The position numbers were made by a program, and so were the translations under genes. This document shows positions 1 to 11,750 of a stretch of 64,000 nucleotides of DNA, piece after piece; within the stretch, counting starts at the first letter, position 1; every line of letters begins with the position of its first letter. Origin of the DNA: Fonticula alba ATCC 38817 (Eukaryota > Protista > Nucleariida). The notes below the pieces were generated by a model, which saw only the letters and a list, made by a program, of their open reading frames with translations, had not been told where the DNA came from and did not search any database. The stretch is taken from assembly GCA_000388065.2 (NCBI GenBank), contig KB932202.1; one strand, 5' to 3'.

Positions 1-422
1 CATGTGTCCCTCTTTCCCGTGGGGGAGTCCTGCCTTCCACGGTCGGTCCCTCCCCCTGTGGCACTTTCTCGCCTGCGGGGGGGCAGGGCGCGCGGGACGC
101 CCAGGACGCACGCCACATGTCGGACGCCGCACGCCACATGCCCCCGGCACCGCCGCATGCCACACGCCACACAAGAATGGGAGCAGAGATGGCGAAGCAG
201 GGCCGACGCGGGGGCAGCCTCCGCTCGCCTGCCCCGCCACCCTCTCTCTCGGCCGTGTCGGCGGCGGGGGAAAGCCACAGCCCGCCAGGGCATGGGGTCC
301 CCCAGGGCACCCCAGGCAGGGAGAGGGGGGCGAGGCGGGGGGGGCGGGGGGGGGGGGAGGAAGGCGCGGGCCCAGGGCACCAGCTGCAGCAGGCCCACAG
401 GCGGAACCACACAGACACGCAC

Positions 423-1271
423 CGGCGTCGGTCCCTCGACCTGCGCCATGGCATGGCGTGAGCCGACCGTGTGCGCCTTTGTTTATATGCGGTTGCAAGG
501 GACCCGTGGAGGTGGGGTTGGAACGGGTGCTCCAGCTCCGACATCACGTGCATGCTCCGTCGCATCACACATAAAGCCCGGCGGGCGAATCCCCCGGTCG
601 GGCTGAGTGCGTCCGTGAACCCTGGGACAAACAAATGATAACGCCAATAACAGGCGCCCGCCCGGGGCCGGCGCGCCTCAACACACTCACACACACACGC
701 TCGCACGCACGCACGCACGCACGCTGGCACAGAATCCCAGAACACACTCGGGCCGGCAAATCTCGGCGTTTTAACTCAGACGGTTAAACTGGCCTACTCT
801 CCCCCCCCCCTCCGGCCTTGCTGCCAGGCCTCCGCCGAACACGGCAGAGCCGATGGAAGGCGAGGTGACAAGCGCCGCGACGACCGAGGGAAAGAGCAAT
901 GGACCGGCCTCATGGCCGTGCACGCACGATCCATGCCCTCTCATCATCGGCATGTATGTACGTATGCCTGGGGGGGGGGGGGGGGGGGGGAAGAGGGGAG
1001 GGGGCGCGGTCACCCCCAGTCTGACACATCGGGGCAGCAGCAGACCCAAAAAAACAAAAGGAAGGAACGGGGACTCGAGAAATGGCACCCATGGGGACGC
1101 CAGTGCAAAGGCAGGAGGAAAGTGGGTGTCCTCCTTTTGGCTACCCGGCGTCGTTGAACTGATCCAGTGCCGGAGGCGACCCGGGGCAAGGTACCGACGA
1201 GGGGGGGCAGGGACATGCGGCTCAGGGCTCCCGTCGTCCGCCCCGCAAGCTCGCACATCCAGCCACGCACG

Positions 1272-1307
<36 letters not shown>

Positions 1308-1572
1308 AGCACGAAATCAACACACAGTCACTGGGGACATATTTTGAATGCCAGGGGGGTGGGAGAAAAGCCCAGGAGAGAGAGAGAGAGAGAAGCATGG
1401 TGCAGGGGAGGGAGAGGAGAGGAGAAAGGAAGTCAGGGAGGGGGAAATACATACTATAGAGGGAGTTCCAAAAGCGTCGGGGGAATCTCTCGTGGAAGTC
1501 TTCGGGCCTTCGAGGTGGATGGGCCGGTGCCAGTGAGAGGGCCGATTCCAGATCTGGCGGCGGGGTTTCCAT
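423..1572 (-). CDS. Tentative 5' exons of an unidentified gene running toward the left edge (exons 1572-1455, 621-423)
   Basis: ATG at 1572 opens METPPPDLESAL...RFWNSLY and ends at a GTATGT donor (phase 1). A TTTGTCCCAG acceptor at 623/622 continues in phase (RFTDALSPTGGFARRALCVMRR...) to a GTGCGT donor at 422. No family motif recognised. Confidence 0.25.
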
Positions 1573-4500
1573 GAGCCGGCGTGCCCGAATGCCCGTTTCG
1601 GTTGGGGAAAAGGCGCGTCAGACAGATGTCCTTCTGCGCCGACTCGGCGGATCGCTCACATGCTCACTCCTGGAAAAGGCGAGGTGGCGAGGGAAATGTC
1701 GAGCGCCGGGAGGCACAAAGCGGCAGGGGACGGCGAGAGGCGATGATACAAGGACGTACGGCGTCGTGGCGGAGGTCCACTGGGCGGGAGATCCGGTCAG
1801 CGGAAGGACAGGCGGATGCCTTGGGGCTGCCGGCGGGGAACTTGGCACACCTCCAGGCTCCAGAGCCCAGAAGCTGAGACCAGCGCGAAGGGGTGGCCGA
1901 GTGCAAAGACCCGCAGGCGCACGGCAAAGTGTGTGCCTTCTTGCTGGCCGTCAGGCAGGCGGCCCTAGATGCGGAAGATGCAAGGCGATGTTGCAGGAAC
2001 GGGACTTTCCGAGTCAGCGATCTGCCAGATCCCGAAGGGGGGCCGTCAAGGAAGACCCCAAATGCCCCAAGGACCAGACGCAGGGGATGAGGCACTGCAG
2101 GTAGCTCGAGGGCGAGGGAGGCGTGTTTGGGCTAGCGAGTCGATTGGGGGCGCTTGGGCAGACTGGCAGAGGGGGGAGGGAGGGGTGGGGGGTGGGGGGG
2201 AGGGGCATGTCTTGCCCAGGGTCCCCCGGCTGAGCTTGTGGGCGGAGCTCTTGAGTGCTGGCCGTGGGGTCGAGGCACCCGGAGTGGCGAAGGCGCCGGC
2301 GGAGGCCCGAGGGTTAGGGGGCCTCATGCGCCCCCCCCCCTCCCCCTCGTCGGCCCCCGGTGCTTGACCATTTGGCCGGCAGCCAACTCTCCTCCCCCGG
2401 GCGCGTGTGGTCTGGCAGTCTGAGCAGGGCTGTGCGACGCAGGACAGGGGCATGTGCTGGCGGCTGGTGACCTCGGTCCTGCTTCGGCTTTCCGGCCCGG
2501 GCGACTCCTGGCGATGTGACCTCCGAGGCCGGACAGCCCGAGCAGAGCCCGAGTATCGGGGAATCTTCGCTCTAGGAGGACCGCACTGGGGCTCCCTGAC
2601 CAAGCGCCAAGGGGGGGGGGGGGGGGCGCGTTCCTGATCCTGACGGGTGGGCACCCCCAATCCGCCAGTAGTGCCGGCTAATTCGCGGGGAGCGGCGGAC
2701 CCTCACATGCGCGAACACCCCGCGCGCGCGCGCGCGCGCGCTTGTTCGCGAGAGGGACACACTTAGACACGGGCAGACACGGCTCTGCACACGCACACAG
2801 GCGCACGGAGGAATAACCACAATCCGGGCTCGGGCGGATCCGCCCCTGCCCGGCCGGCCCCCTTCTTCGCCGCCGCGCTGCTCATTCTCCCCAGGGGGTT
2901 GGGTCTTGGAGGGGGGTTGTGCTGGCCGCGCGGGCACACCACCCTCTCCCTTGGGTTCGTTTGTTTGCCGGGAGTCGGGAGCCTTTCGCTTGCCGCCGGG
3001 GTAGGAATGCCCCGGGCCGTTTGCGGGCGAAGACGCTCTGCTACCGTGAGGCGGGACATCGGCGATTGCGGGGGCCACCAGCCGGGGGCCACTGGTGAGG
3101 ACTTCTCAAGGGCCGTGCCGGGCAGGGTGGGACGAGCGACAGTTCCCGTTGGCCGCTTCCCCCTCTGGCCCCTCGCCGCGCACGTCCCGGGTCGAAATGA
3201 CCCGGGCAGGTACTTCGACCGGGCCGCGGGCCGCGGGCCGGGGGCCGGGGGCCGCGGACCGCAATCCCATACACCCCACACCCACGGGCCTCAGCGCGCC
3301 CCGCATGTCGTGCCCGAAGACGCGGGTGCTGGGATCTAGTTCTCGTGCCCTCTCCTCCCTCTGTCGCTCTCTCTCTCTCTCCCTCCCCGCGCATGTGTAT
3401 CTGCGTCTCTCAAGAATGCCCGCCCACAGAGGAGCGATGAGGGGGCAATACAGGCAGCAGGGCCAAATCCACGCCCAAGCCCGCATGTGCGGCCAGCGCG
3501 GGTCTATTTGTACCGATACACCTCAGACGCACGGATGCACTAGCGAAAGGACGCAGGCCTCGGTGGAAATGGTCCTCGCCTGGAGACAGTGGTCGCGAAA
3601 TGTTGTCCGGGGAAAACACAAGAGCAATGCTGACAATCCCCGGGGAGGGGGATTGCGCCGCGGACTGGCGGCCATATTTCCGGCCCCCAGCACGGTGCTG
3701 GTGTCTGGTCAGCCACATGCCGACGCCCAGGCCTCCGCAAGTAAAGTGCATGCATATTTACGTGTACATGTGGGTGTGAGCGGGGGGGGGGGAGAGAGAG
3801 AGAGAGAGACAGAGAGACAGAGAGACAGAGAGCTAGAGAGAGACAGAGACAGAGATAGAAAGAGAGGGCGGGCAGAGGGACGTCGGTCCGTTTCCGCGCA
3901 TCGGTCTCTGGTGCGACGTGCCCAAGTTCGGGCAGGGGCCACCCATCGCGGGGGAGCTACACGCCCCCGCGGCCCCCGCCCTCGCCCCCTGTACACCGGC
4001 CCCTACAAGCAGCCGATGGTGGAAACCCTCTCCCGCTCCCAGCCCGGAGGCAGGGCCGTCGGCCGCTGCAACGCCTTCAGGGCATGTCAGGACATGGGTA
4101 AGCAGGCCGGCGTGCTCACCTTGCGGCGTCGGGGCCTCTTCCAAAGGCCAAATGTGGGCACTTCGATGGGTGTGTGCGGAGGCAGGGGCAGGGCAAGTTG
4201 CCAGGCTGGCCAGCCGGCCGGCCGGCCGGCCCCGGGCATCCGCCAACCGTGGGGGGACACAGTATCCGGGGATGCGAGGGGCGGGGGGGGGGGGGGGGAG
4301 CTTGGTGGTGCATCGAGCTGGGCCAGCGGGGAAAACGTCTCGCGAAATCCCGGACGCCCTGCCGCTCTTGCGGCCGAGAACTTTGCCGCCTGAGAGGGCT
4401 GGGGGTGAAGGAACAGGCGGAGTGGGGGGGGGGACTGCCCGCGAGAGGTGCTCAGCCGGGAGGGGGAAATCACCCGTTTTCAAGGGCTTCGAGGAGCAGG

Positions 4501-5829
4501 TCAGCTCACCGTCGAGGCCCGGGGGCCGGTCGGGTCGAGCGAAGAGGGGAGGTTTGGGGAGGGGCCCTTATGAGTGCAGATCCACAAACATTGGGCCGAA
4601 AAACCAACCTCACCGACCAAAATTGGCCGGCTGAATGAGCAAGCTGTCCACGGCACCGGGGCGCTCGCTGATCCCCACCAGACGATCGGCCTGCCGGCGG
4701 CGCGGGCCTGCTGGCCTCGGCCCATCCAGCCGGGCCTGCGCACATGTGCGCACGGCCCCCTCGGCGGCGGACGCCACTGGATTTACATCTGCCCGGGCAC
4801 GGCGGCCCGGGCCGGGAACCTGAATCCGGCGAACAGCCACCGGTGCCCGGACAAAACGTCTCTTGCCGAAGACACGTATATTTGAGGGGGGGGGGGGCGG
4901 GGCGGGAGGAGAGAGAATGCCGGAGTCGGAGGTGGATCTCACGAAAGAAGAACACCCCCGAGTCCACACGCGCGGGTGCTTCTTCCGTCGGGCCTCGGCG
5001 ACAGGGCACGGGGAGGGGGCGAAGCGGGCGGGTGGGCCTACACCATGGGCAAGCAAAAGCATGACTCTGACTCACACTGCTCCGGGCAGGGACCCACGCT
5101 CGCGAGCAAGCCGCGAAAGGGTCGGGCGGGAGCCGGGGGGGGGGCGTGAGAGGCCGGAGGGGGGTCGCGGGGCAGGGGGGCGGCGGGGGGGGGAAATAAA
5201 AATAGAGGCGCACGATTCAGCGCGGGCGCGATCTGAGCACTTGTGCTTGTGGCCGCCCTGCCACGGGCGCGTAGGGGGCTGGCTCGGCTGGCCGAGCCCC
5301 CGGAGCAGCACGTACACCCAAACGCCGAAGCCAGCGGCCAGCCCATGAATCCGTGATCCGCGTGTGAGATTGGGCCCTTCGGCCGGCCAGGCGGGGCCGG
5401 ATCTCACGCGGGGGCGCGCTTTTTTGTGGGCTCGGGCCTGTTTCCCGGAATCCGGCCTCCGAAGGGCGGGCGACCAGCCATCGAGCCCCCCCTCTCGCCG
5501 TCGCCGCTCGGGGTGCCCGGGGCGCCGGCGGGAGGGGATTTGGTCCGAACACGATGGCTCCGGGCCACTGGCGGGGATCGGCCGCAAAACGGGCCACCCC
5601 TTCGTCGGGGTGTTGGTGCTGGGGCTTTTTTTCTTGCCCCCGCCTTCCGCCGAACAGGCGGACCCGCCCCCCGGGCTCCTTCGCCCAACGCCCGTCGCCC
5701 CCCCCCCCCGGTCCTCGGGCCACCGCAGATGGTGCCGGCGGGCCCGGAGAGGGTGCGCGCGAGCGGGAGCGGGGGGGGGGGCGCGGGGGGGGGGGCTGGT
5801 CAGTGCGCTGCTCGCGGAGGGGGGCATCC

Positions 5830-6750
5830 NNNNNNNNNNNNNNNNNNNNNNNNNNNNNNNNNNNNNNNNNNNNNNNNNNNNNNNNNNNNNNNNNNNNNNN
5901 NNNNNNNNNNNNNNNNNNNNNNNNNNNNNNNNNNNNNNNNNNNNNNNNNNNNNNNNNNNNNNNNNNNNNNNNNNNNNNNNNNNNNNNNNNNNNNNNNNNN
6001 NNNNNNNNNNNNNNNNNNNNNNNNNNNNNNNNNNNNNNNNNNNNNNNNNNNNNNNNNNNNNNNNNNNNNNNNNNNNNNNNNNNNNNNNNNNNNNNNNNNN
6101 NNNNNNNNNNNNNNNNNNNNNNNNNNNNNNNNNNNNNNNNNNNNNNNNNNNNNNNNNNNNNNNNNNNNNNNNNNNNNNNNNNNNNNNNNNNNNNNNNNNN
6201 NNNNNNNNNNNNNNNNNNNNNNNNNNNNNNNNNNNNNNNNNNNNNNNNNNNNNNNNNNNNNNNNNNNNNNNNNNNNNNNNNNNNNNNNNNNNNNNNNNNN
6301 NNNNNNNNNNNNNNNNNNNNNNNNNNNNNNNNNNNNNNNNNNNNNNNNNNNNNNNNNNNNNNNNNNNNNNNNNNNNNNNNNNNNNNNNNNNNNNNNNNNN
6401 NNNNNNNNNNNNNNNNNNNNNNNNNNNNNNNNNNNNNNNNNNNNNNNNNNNNNNNNNNNNNNNNNNNNNNNNNNNNNNNNNNNNNNNNNNNNNNNNNNNN
6501 NNNNNNNNNNNNNNNNNNNNNNNNNNNNNNNNNNNNNNNNNNNNNNNNNNNNNNNNNNNNNNNNNNNNNNNNNNNNNNNNNNNNNNNNNNNNNNNNNNNN
6601 NNNNNNNNNNNNNNNNNNNNNNNNNNNNNNNNNNNNNNNNNNNNNNNNNNNNNNNNNNNNNNNNNNNNNNNNNNNNNNNNNNNNNNNNNNNNNNNNNNNN
6701 NNNNNNNNNNNNNNNNNNNNNNNNNNNNNNNNNNNNNNNNNNNNNNNNNN
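5830..6750. other. Assembly gap (largest of 11 N-runs)
   Basis: Run of N. Other gaps start near 13479, 19081, 21721, 27168, 33103, 37226, 39631, 40864, 51124 and 60073; most abut poly-C or poly-G tracts. Confidence 0.99.
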
Positions 6751-8025
6751 CCCCTCCCGAATCTGGCACCGCTTTCTGCACGAACCGGAGGGACGATGGA
6801 AGGGCGGGAAACAGCAACAGCGCGCACCTTCCCCCGCCCAAGTGGGGGACCTCCTCCCCAAGCGCATAGCCGCTCTGATAACAATAATTCAAGCATTACT
6901 ATTTGCCGGCTTATTGTTATTCCTTCAAGCCGTCCCAGTCGTCCCTTTCTAGCCCATTCCCCCGGGCGGGGGCAGGCGGTCCACATTTAACATGCTCCCC
7001 ATCCGCGCCGGGAGAGGCCCCGCCCACAGGGGGGACAGAGGATGGGCGGCGGAGCACGCGAGCGCGCCCACAATGTTCCCCCCCCCCCCCTCCCCCCCCC
7101 CCTGGAGTCGGGTGGTCACCCCAGACAGGACGCCTGTCCCGGCATCGCCCTCAAACGGATTTGTGCCCGGGGTTTAAATCTGAAGGGGACACGGTTCTGG
7201 CAGTGCAGATCAACTTACTACAAGTGTGGTGCCAATGATCGCCGCGCACACTCGACCCTCGCCCCACCCCCCCCCCCTCCCGCTGGTGCGACCACGCCGG
7301 AGATGCCTGGGGGTGCGTTCAAGCAAGGCCTGGGGGGAGATTCGGGATCGGCAGTTGCCCTCGGGCACCGGCGGCCCAACCGCGCGCCAGTCACAGGTGC
7401 CCCCCCCCCCCCCCGCCAGGCGGTCGCTTCGAGAGGATGGGGGATGGGTGCAGCCGGCCCCAGCCCTGGCCCCGTCCCGTCCTGCCACCCCCTTGGCGCC
7501 GCGTGCGCAACAGATTAGACATGGCGGGTAATGTCTCATCGGGCAACTTAACAACAGCAGGAGCCGCAACACCGGCAGCAGCAACATCAACGGGGGCAAC
7601 ACACTGGCCGCGCTAGCAATGTTGGCAGCGGTGCCGGAGAAGTTGCCTCCCCGCGCCGCAGACCATGGGCTCTCTCTCTCTCTCTCTCTTTCTCTCGAGG
7701 GTGCCGTTGTTTTCCTTCCGTCAGGGAACTCGGGTGCAAGACAGAGGGGGGATCTGTTGCCCCGAAGGGCCGACCTCGTCAACATTCACGGCGCGAACCG
7801 GTGGACCGGTACCCTCTGCCTGCCGACGCCTCTTTGTCCGTCTCACCTGAAGGCCACCTCTGGTGGCGGGATAGACCATGGGAGAAGTTTATTGTGCACA
7901 TGCATGTCTCTCTGTGTGGTGTGCGTGTGTGTCTGTGTTTCTGTGTGTGGTGTGTGTGTTTGGGCGTGCTGTTGAACTCCCTCACAGGCACCGATGGCCT
8001 CGAAGCAAGGAGTCCACACATGCTG

Positions 8026-8068
<43 letters not shown>

Positions 8069-8720
8069 TGCACCCAGCTCTCGAACGCCAACTTTCACAC
8101 AGGGGCGCGCGACTCTTACGCCCATGCGCACAGCACTTGCTTTGCGGACGTGCAGCCCTTCGGCGTGCGACTGGCTGGCCGCCTTCTGTCTTTCTTTCAC
8201 TCTCTATCTTTCACAACAACATAAGTCACACATGGTGATCTACTAAGCTTTTCACTTTCTTGGACTACTAGCGGGGTGATGGGGCCAACTGCGAGGTTCC
8301 ACGTGCGTTCGTGCGTGCGTGCGTGTGTGTGTGTGTTGGACTGGAAGAGACACACACACACACACACACACACACACGCGCAAGGGAACTATCCTGATGG
8401 GCAACAGATCGAGGGGAGGAGCGAGAGGGGCCAGGGGAGTAATACTCCCTCCCCCTCCACGCCCCCGCCCCCCACCCCTCGCGCCATCAGCTCGATCCCT
8501 TGCCCGTTCTCTCCATGCCGCTGTCCCCACCATCTCGGCTTCCCTCGGGTCGCCACCTTCGCCTCAGCCAGCCCGCCCTCCCCCCTTCAAGCTCCAGGTG
8601 TAGGCTCTCACCTATGGCGCGCCTTGCACTCCACCTTCAGCAGGAGGAGGAGCAAGAGGGACGGCGGGCGGGCGGGCGGGCGGCGGCTGCGGCGGCGGCG
8701 GCGCCGACGAGGAGGAGTCC

Positions 8721-11700
8721 CTAGCGCCTCCATGAGCGCCGCTGGAGACGCTGCTCATCATGGCCATCATGCATGACACTGCTGAACCCGGCGAACCGGC
8801 TGGCATCCAGACCCGGAGTGATCTCCTCGCCGGGCCGGGCCACCCGGCCCTCTCGGGCCGCGCCGCGCGGGTCAATCCGATCGATGACAAACGGCTGGAC
8901 AGTGGCCTCATTGAGGGTGATGGTCTGCTGGTTGGCATCCTCGTCGCCGGAGACGCCGGCGGTCTGCGGCTTCCGGCGATTGGTCCCGGTGGCCGACTTG
9001 ACACCGTAACCGGAGGAAGAGGCCGGCCGGCGGACCGGGCCCGCGCCCAGCGGCTGGAGCAGGATCTCCAACAGGCTCGGGGGAATGGGCGAGGTGCCCG
9101 GGCGGAAGAGGCCGCCCCCACCGAGGCTCGGTGCCTGGGTCGGGGCCGGTGGCTTCGGCGTGGCCACCGGGGTGCTGCCGCCGGAGGTCGGGGCCGGGGT
9201 CGGCTGAGCCGACGGCGAGGGGGATGGCGACGGCTGCTCGGTCTTGGGATAGTACCGGGCAAAGGGCCCATCCACCGGGCGCTGGTACACATCGTACCAG
9301 GCGGAGCCCGGGTACTCGGCGGCCGGCTGGCCACGCCCTGGCTCGGTCCACCGCCATGCGGCGAAGTAGTCCGACTCCGGCGAGTGCACGCGGTAGCCCC
9401 ATTGGGCGGCCACGGCGGCCAGATCGCAAATATTGGCCCGGCTGGCCAGGCCCCCTGCCGCGGCGGCCAGATAGACACGACGCAAATCGTCCGCATAGAG
9501 CCCGATGGCCTCCAGGCCACAGCCCTTGGTCAGCTGCATGGCCCCGGGGCCGGCGGCCGCCGGGTAGCTGGTGGACTTGATGCTTTGGGGATCGGCCGCG
9601 GGGGATGTCTGCGGGGCCGGGGCCACGGCCACCACCTGGCGGCTGTGCACGGCGAACTGCCGAACCAGCAGCTCGATGGCCACGCTCCGGCGCCGATGGG
9701 CCAGGCGCTCGGCCGACGAAAGGTCCCCGAGCCCCTGGCCGGTGAGGTCGGCGGCCTGAGGCGCAAAGAGCACCACCAGGTCGCGGGTGTTCTTGGCATC
9801 GCCGGTCAGCAGATCCGCCGACACGGCGGCCGCCTTCATCAGGCCATTCAGGTCCATGCCCAGGGCCGAGTACTTGGGCACGGTGGGCGTGGCGGTGGTC
9901 GGGGCGGCGGTCGGGGCGGCGGTCGGGGCCGGGGTGCCGCCCGCCGTCGGAGCCGGGCTGGCGGTGGCCGCCGTCGGGGCCTGGGTCCCGCCGATTACGA
10001 GCGAGGACGACCCGCTGCCGGCCGGTCCGTCGAGGTGGACGTACCACTCCAGCGAAGGGAAGCGAAACATGGACGCCGCGCGGAACATGGACGCCGCGGC
10101 ATTGGCCACATGCCCGGCGGCGGCGGCCACATTGCCGATGGCCCGGATGACCTCGACATCGACGGCGCGGGCGGCCCGCTGGGACCGGGCCGCCTCGACC
10201 TCCTCCGCGGCATAAACCACGGCCGCCTGGCGGAGATTCTGCTCGATCTGCGAGCGCACCGATGAGGCGCAGTGCTCGCGATCGGCCACGACAAACCACC
10301 GAGGAGCGCTCATGGTGCCGGCGGTTTGCAGGCGCCCCTGCACGCCGGTCGGCAGCTGCAACTGCGAGCACCACCCATCGGCACTCAAGCCGGCGGGCGT
10401 GGTCGGCACATTGAGCGGGGCCACATAGGTGATGTGGCCACTGGCCGGGTAGGGCTGCTCCAGGAGGTCGGCCAATTCCGGATCATCGACCGACAGGCTG
10501 ACCCGCACGGTGCGGTAGTCGCGGTTTTCCACATCCCAATAGCCCAGCAGCAGGTAGGGAACCGGGTAGTCCGGGCGCTCGCGCACCAGGTCCATGCGAT
10601 AGAGGGCCAGCGGGGACCCCATGGAAGCCGCGGCCACGGCCGTAATGGCGGCCGTCTGCTTGACGCGCTCCGGGTCCGCCATGGCCAGAGAGGCGATGTC
10701 GGGCGATTGGCCGCTGGTGCCTGGCGGTGGCTGGGCCGCCGGGTCGGCCGCCCCGGGCAGGGTGGGCACCCGCTGGGGCCCAACCATGCCGCCGGGCCCA
10801 TGCTCGTCGTCGGAGTCCCGGTCGTCGTCCGAGTCGTCATCCGAGTCGTCATCGCGCGAGGTGCGCGACCCGGCCATCGGCAGGTTGCCGAGGCTCTCGG
10901 CGGCCGCACGCAGGATGCGTTCCAGGTCCGCTCGGCCGCCGCTGGCCAGGCGCACCTCGCGATCGATCAGGACAATGGCCTGGGCCGGGAGGGTGGCCGT
11001 GTCGCCGGGGCTCTGGCTGGTGCCCTCGGGCATGGCGGTGGAGGCAGCCGCGCTGGCCGTCCAGACGGTGTGCGTGCCGCCGGGCGCAAAGACCCGGCCA
11101 TCGGGCAAATGGTAGGGCATCACCAGGCCGCGATCTGGCGACCCGGTGCGGGGCAGCCCGGCCGGGCGCGAAGGCCCCGGCACCTCCACTCCCGGGCTGG
11201 GTGTCGGGGAGGGCTGCGGCTGCTCGATCGGCTCGCGGCCACTGCCGGAGCCGGACCCCTCGCCCGGGATGCTGCCATGCCCGGAGGAGGCGCCATCACT
11301 GCCGTCATCCGGGCTCGAGGAGGACTGCGACGGATCGACAATGACCACCGGCGGGCGGGGCTTCACCGGGTGCAGCACATCATCGGGGTTGACGGGTGGG
11401 GGGCCCTGGCTGCCGTCCTTCTGCCAGCGCTCCAAGGCCGCGCGCGAGATCTTCCTCAGGAGCCGTGTCGAGTCGCGGAGTTGGTTCGGGTCGGTGGGCA
11501 CCGCTTGGCCATCCCTGCCGACCCCGGACAGCAGCATGGCCACCAGGACCACGGCCGTGACCAGGGCCACCAGCAGCCCGCCCAGCAGGGCCAGCGTCTT
11601 CCAATAGTGCTCGCGCGCATAGTGCAGCATCGTGGCCGGCGAGGAGAAGGGCGACGGCCCGAGGACCGGCGAGGTCCGCCGAGACCGGACCTTCTTGTCC

Positions 11701-11750
11701 AGCATCGGGGACAGGTTGTTGTCCGGAACTAGGGGCACAGTCGGGGCCAT
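8721..11750 (-). CDS. Uncharacterised single-pass (type II) membrane protein, about 1009 aa, apparently intronless
   Basis: Uninterrupted 3-kb ORF with strong GC3 bias. The likely start MAPTVPLV at 11750 follows a (TG)n/(TACA)n tract. One hydrophobic helix (YWKTLALLGGLLVALVTAVVLVAMLLSGV) lies about 50 aa from the start, followed by Pro/Ser/Thr/Asp linkers alternating with globular-looking segments. Confidence 0.8.
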   Translation of the reverse strand: MAPTVPLVPDNNLSPMLDKKVRSRRTSPVLGPSPFSSPATMLHYAREHYWKTLALLGGLLVALVTAVVLVAMLLSGVGRDGQAVPTDPNQLRDSTRLLRKISRAALERWQKDGSQGPPPVNPDDVLHPVKPRPPVVIVDPSQSSSSPDDGSDGASSGHGSIPGEGSGSGSGREPIEQPQPSPTPSPGVEVPGPSRPAGLPRTGSPDRGLVMPYHLPDGRVFAPGGTHTVWTASAAASTAMPEGTSQSPGDTATLPAQAIVLIDREVRLASGGRADLERILRAAAESLGNLPMAGSRTSRDDDSDDDSDDDRDSDDEHGPGGMVGPQRVPTLPGAADPAAQPPPGTSGQSPDIASLAMADPERVKQTAAITAVAAASMGSPLALYRMDLVRERPDYPVPYLLLGYWDVENRDYRTVRVSLSVDDPELADLLEQPYPASGHITYVAPLNVPTTPAGLSADGWCSQLQLPTGVQGRLQTAGTMSAPRWFVVADREHCASSVRSQIEQNLRQAAVVYAAEEVEAARSQRAARAVDVEVIRAIGNVAAAAGHVANAAASMFRAASMFRFPSLEWYVHLDGPAGSGSSSLVIGGTQAPTAATASPAPTAGGTPAPTAAPTAAPTTATPTVPKYSALGMDLNGLMKAAAVSADLLTGDAKNTRDLVVLFAPQAADLTGQGLGDLSSAERLAHRRRSVAIELLVRQFAVHSRQVVAVAPAPQTSPAADPQSIKSTSYPAAAGPGAMQLTKGCGLEAIGLYADDLRRVYLAAAAGGLASRANICDLAAVAAQWGYRVHSPESDYFAAWRWTEPGRGQPAAEYPGSAWYDVYQRPVDGPFARYYPKTEQPSPSPSPSAQPTPAPTSGGSTPVATPKPPAPTQAPSLGGGGLFRPGTSPIPPSLLEILLQPLGAGPVRRPASSSGYGVKSATGTNRRKPQTAGVSGDEDANQQTITLNEATVQPFVIDRIDPRGAAREGRVARPGEEITPGLDASRFAGFSSVMHDGHDEQRLQRRSWRR

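Noticed and set aside
5072-6990. Long ORFs of 350-600 aa around 5-7 kb
   Set aside because: They consist mostly of X residues spanning the N-gap.
8612-11732. Overlapping 300-500 aa ORFs in other frames or on the other strand of the orphan membrane gene
   Set aside because: Arg/Gly/Pro-rich shadow frames expected from high GC3; no motifs.
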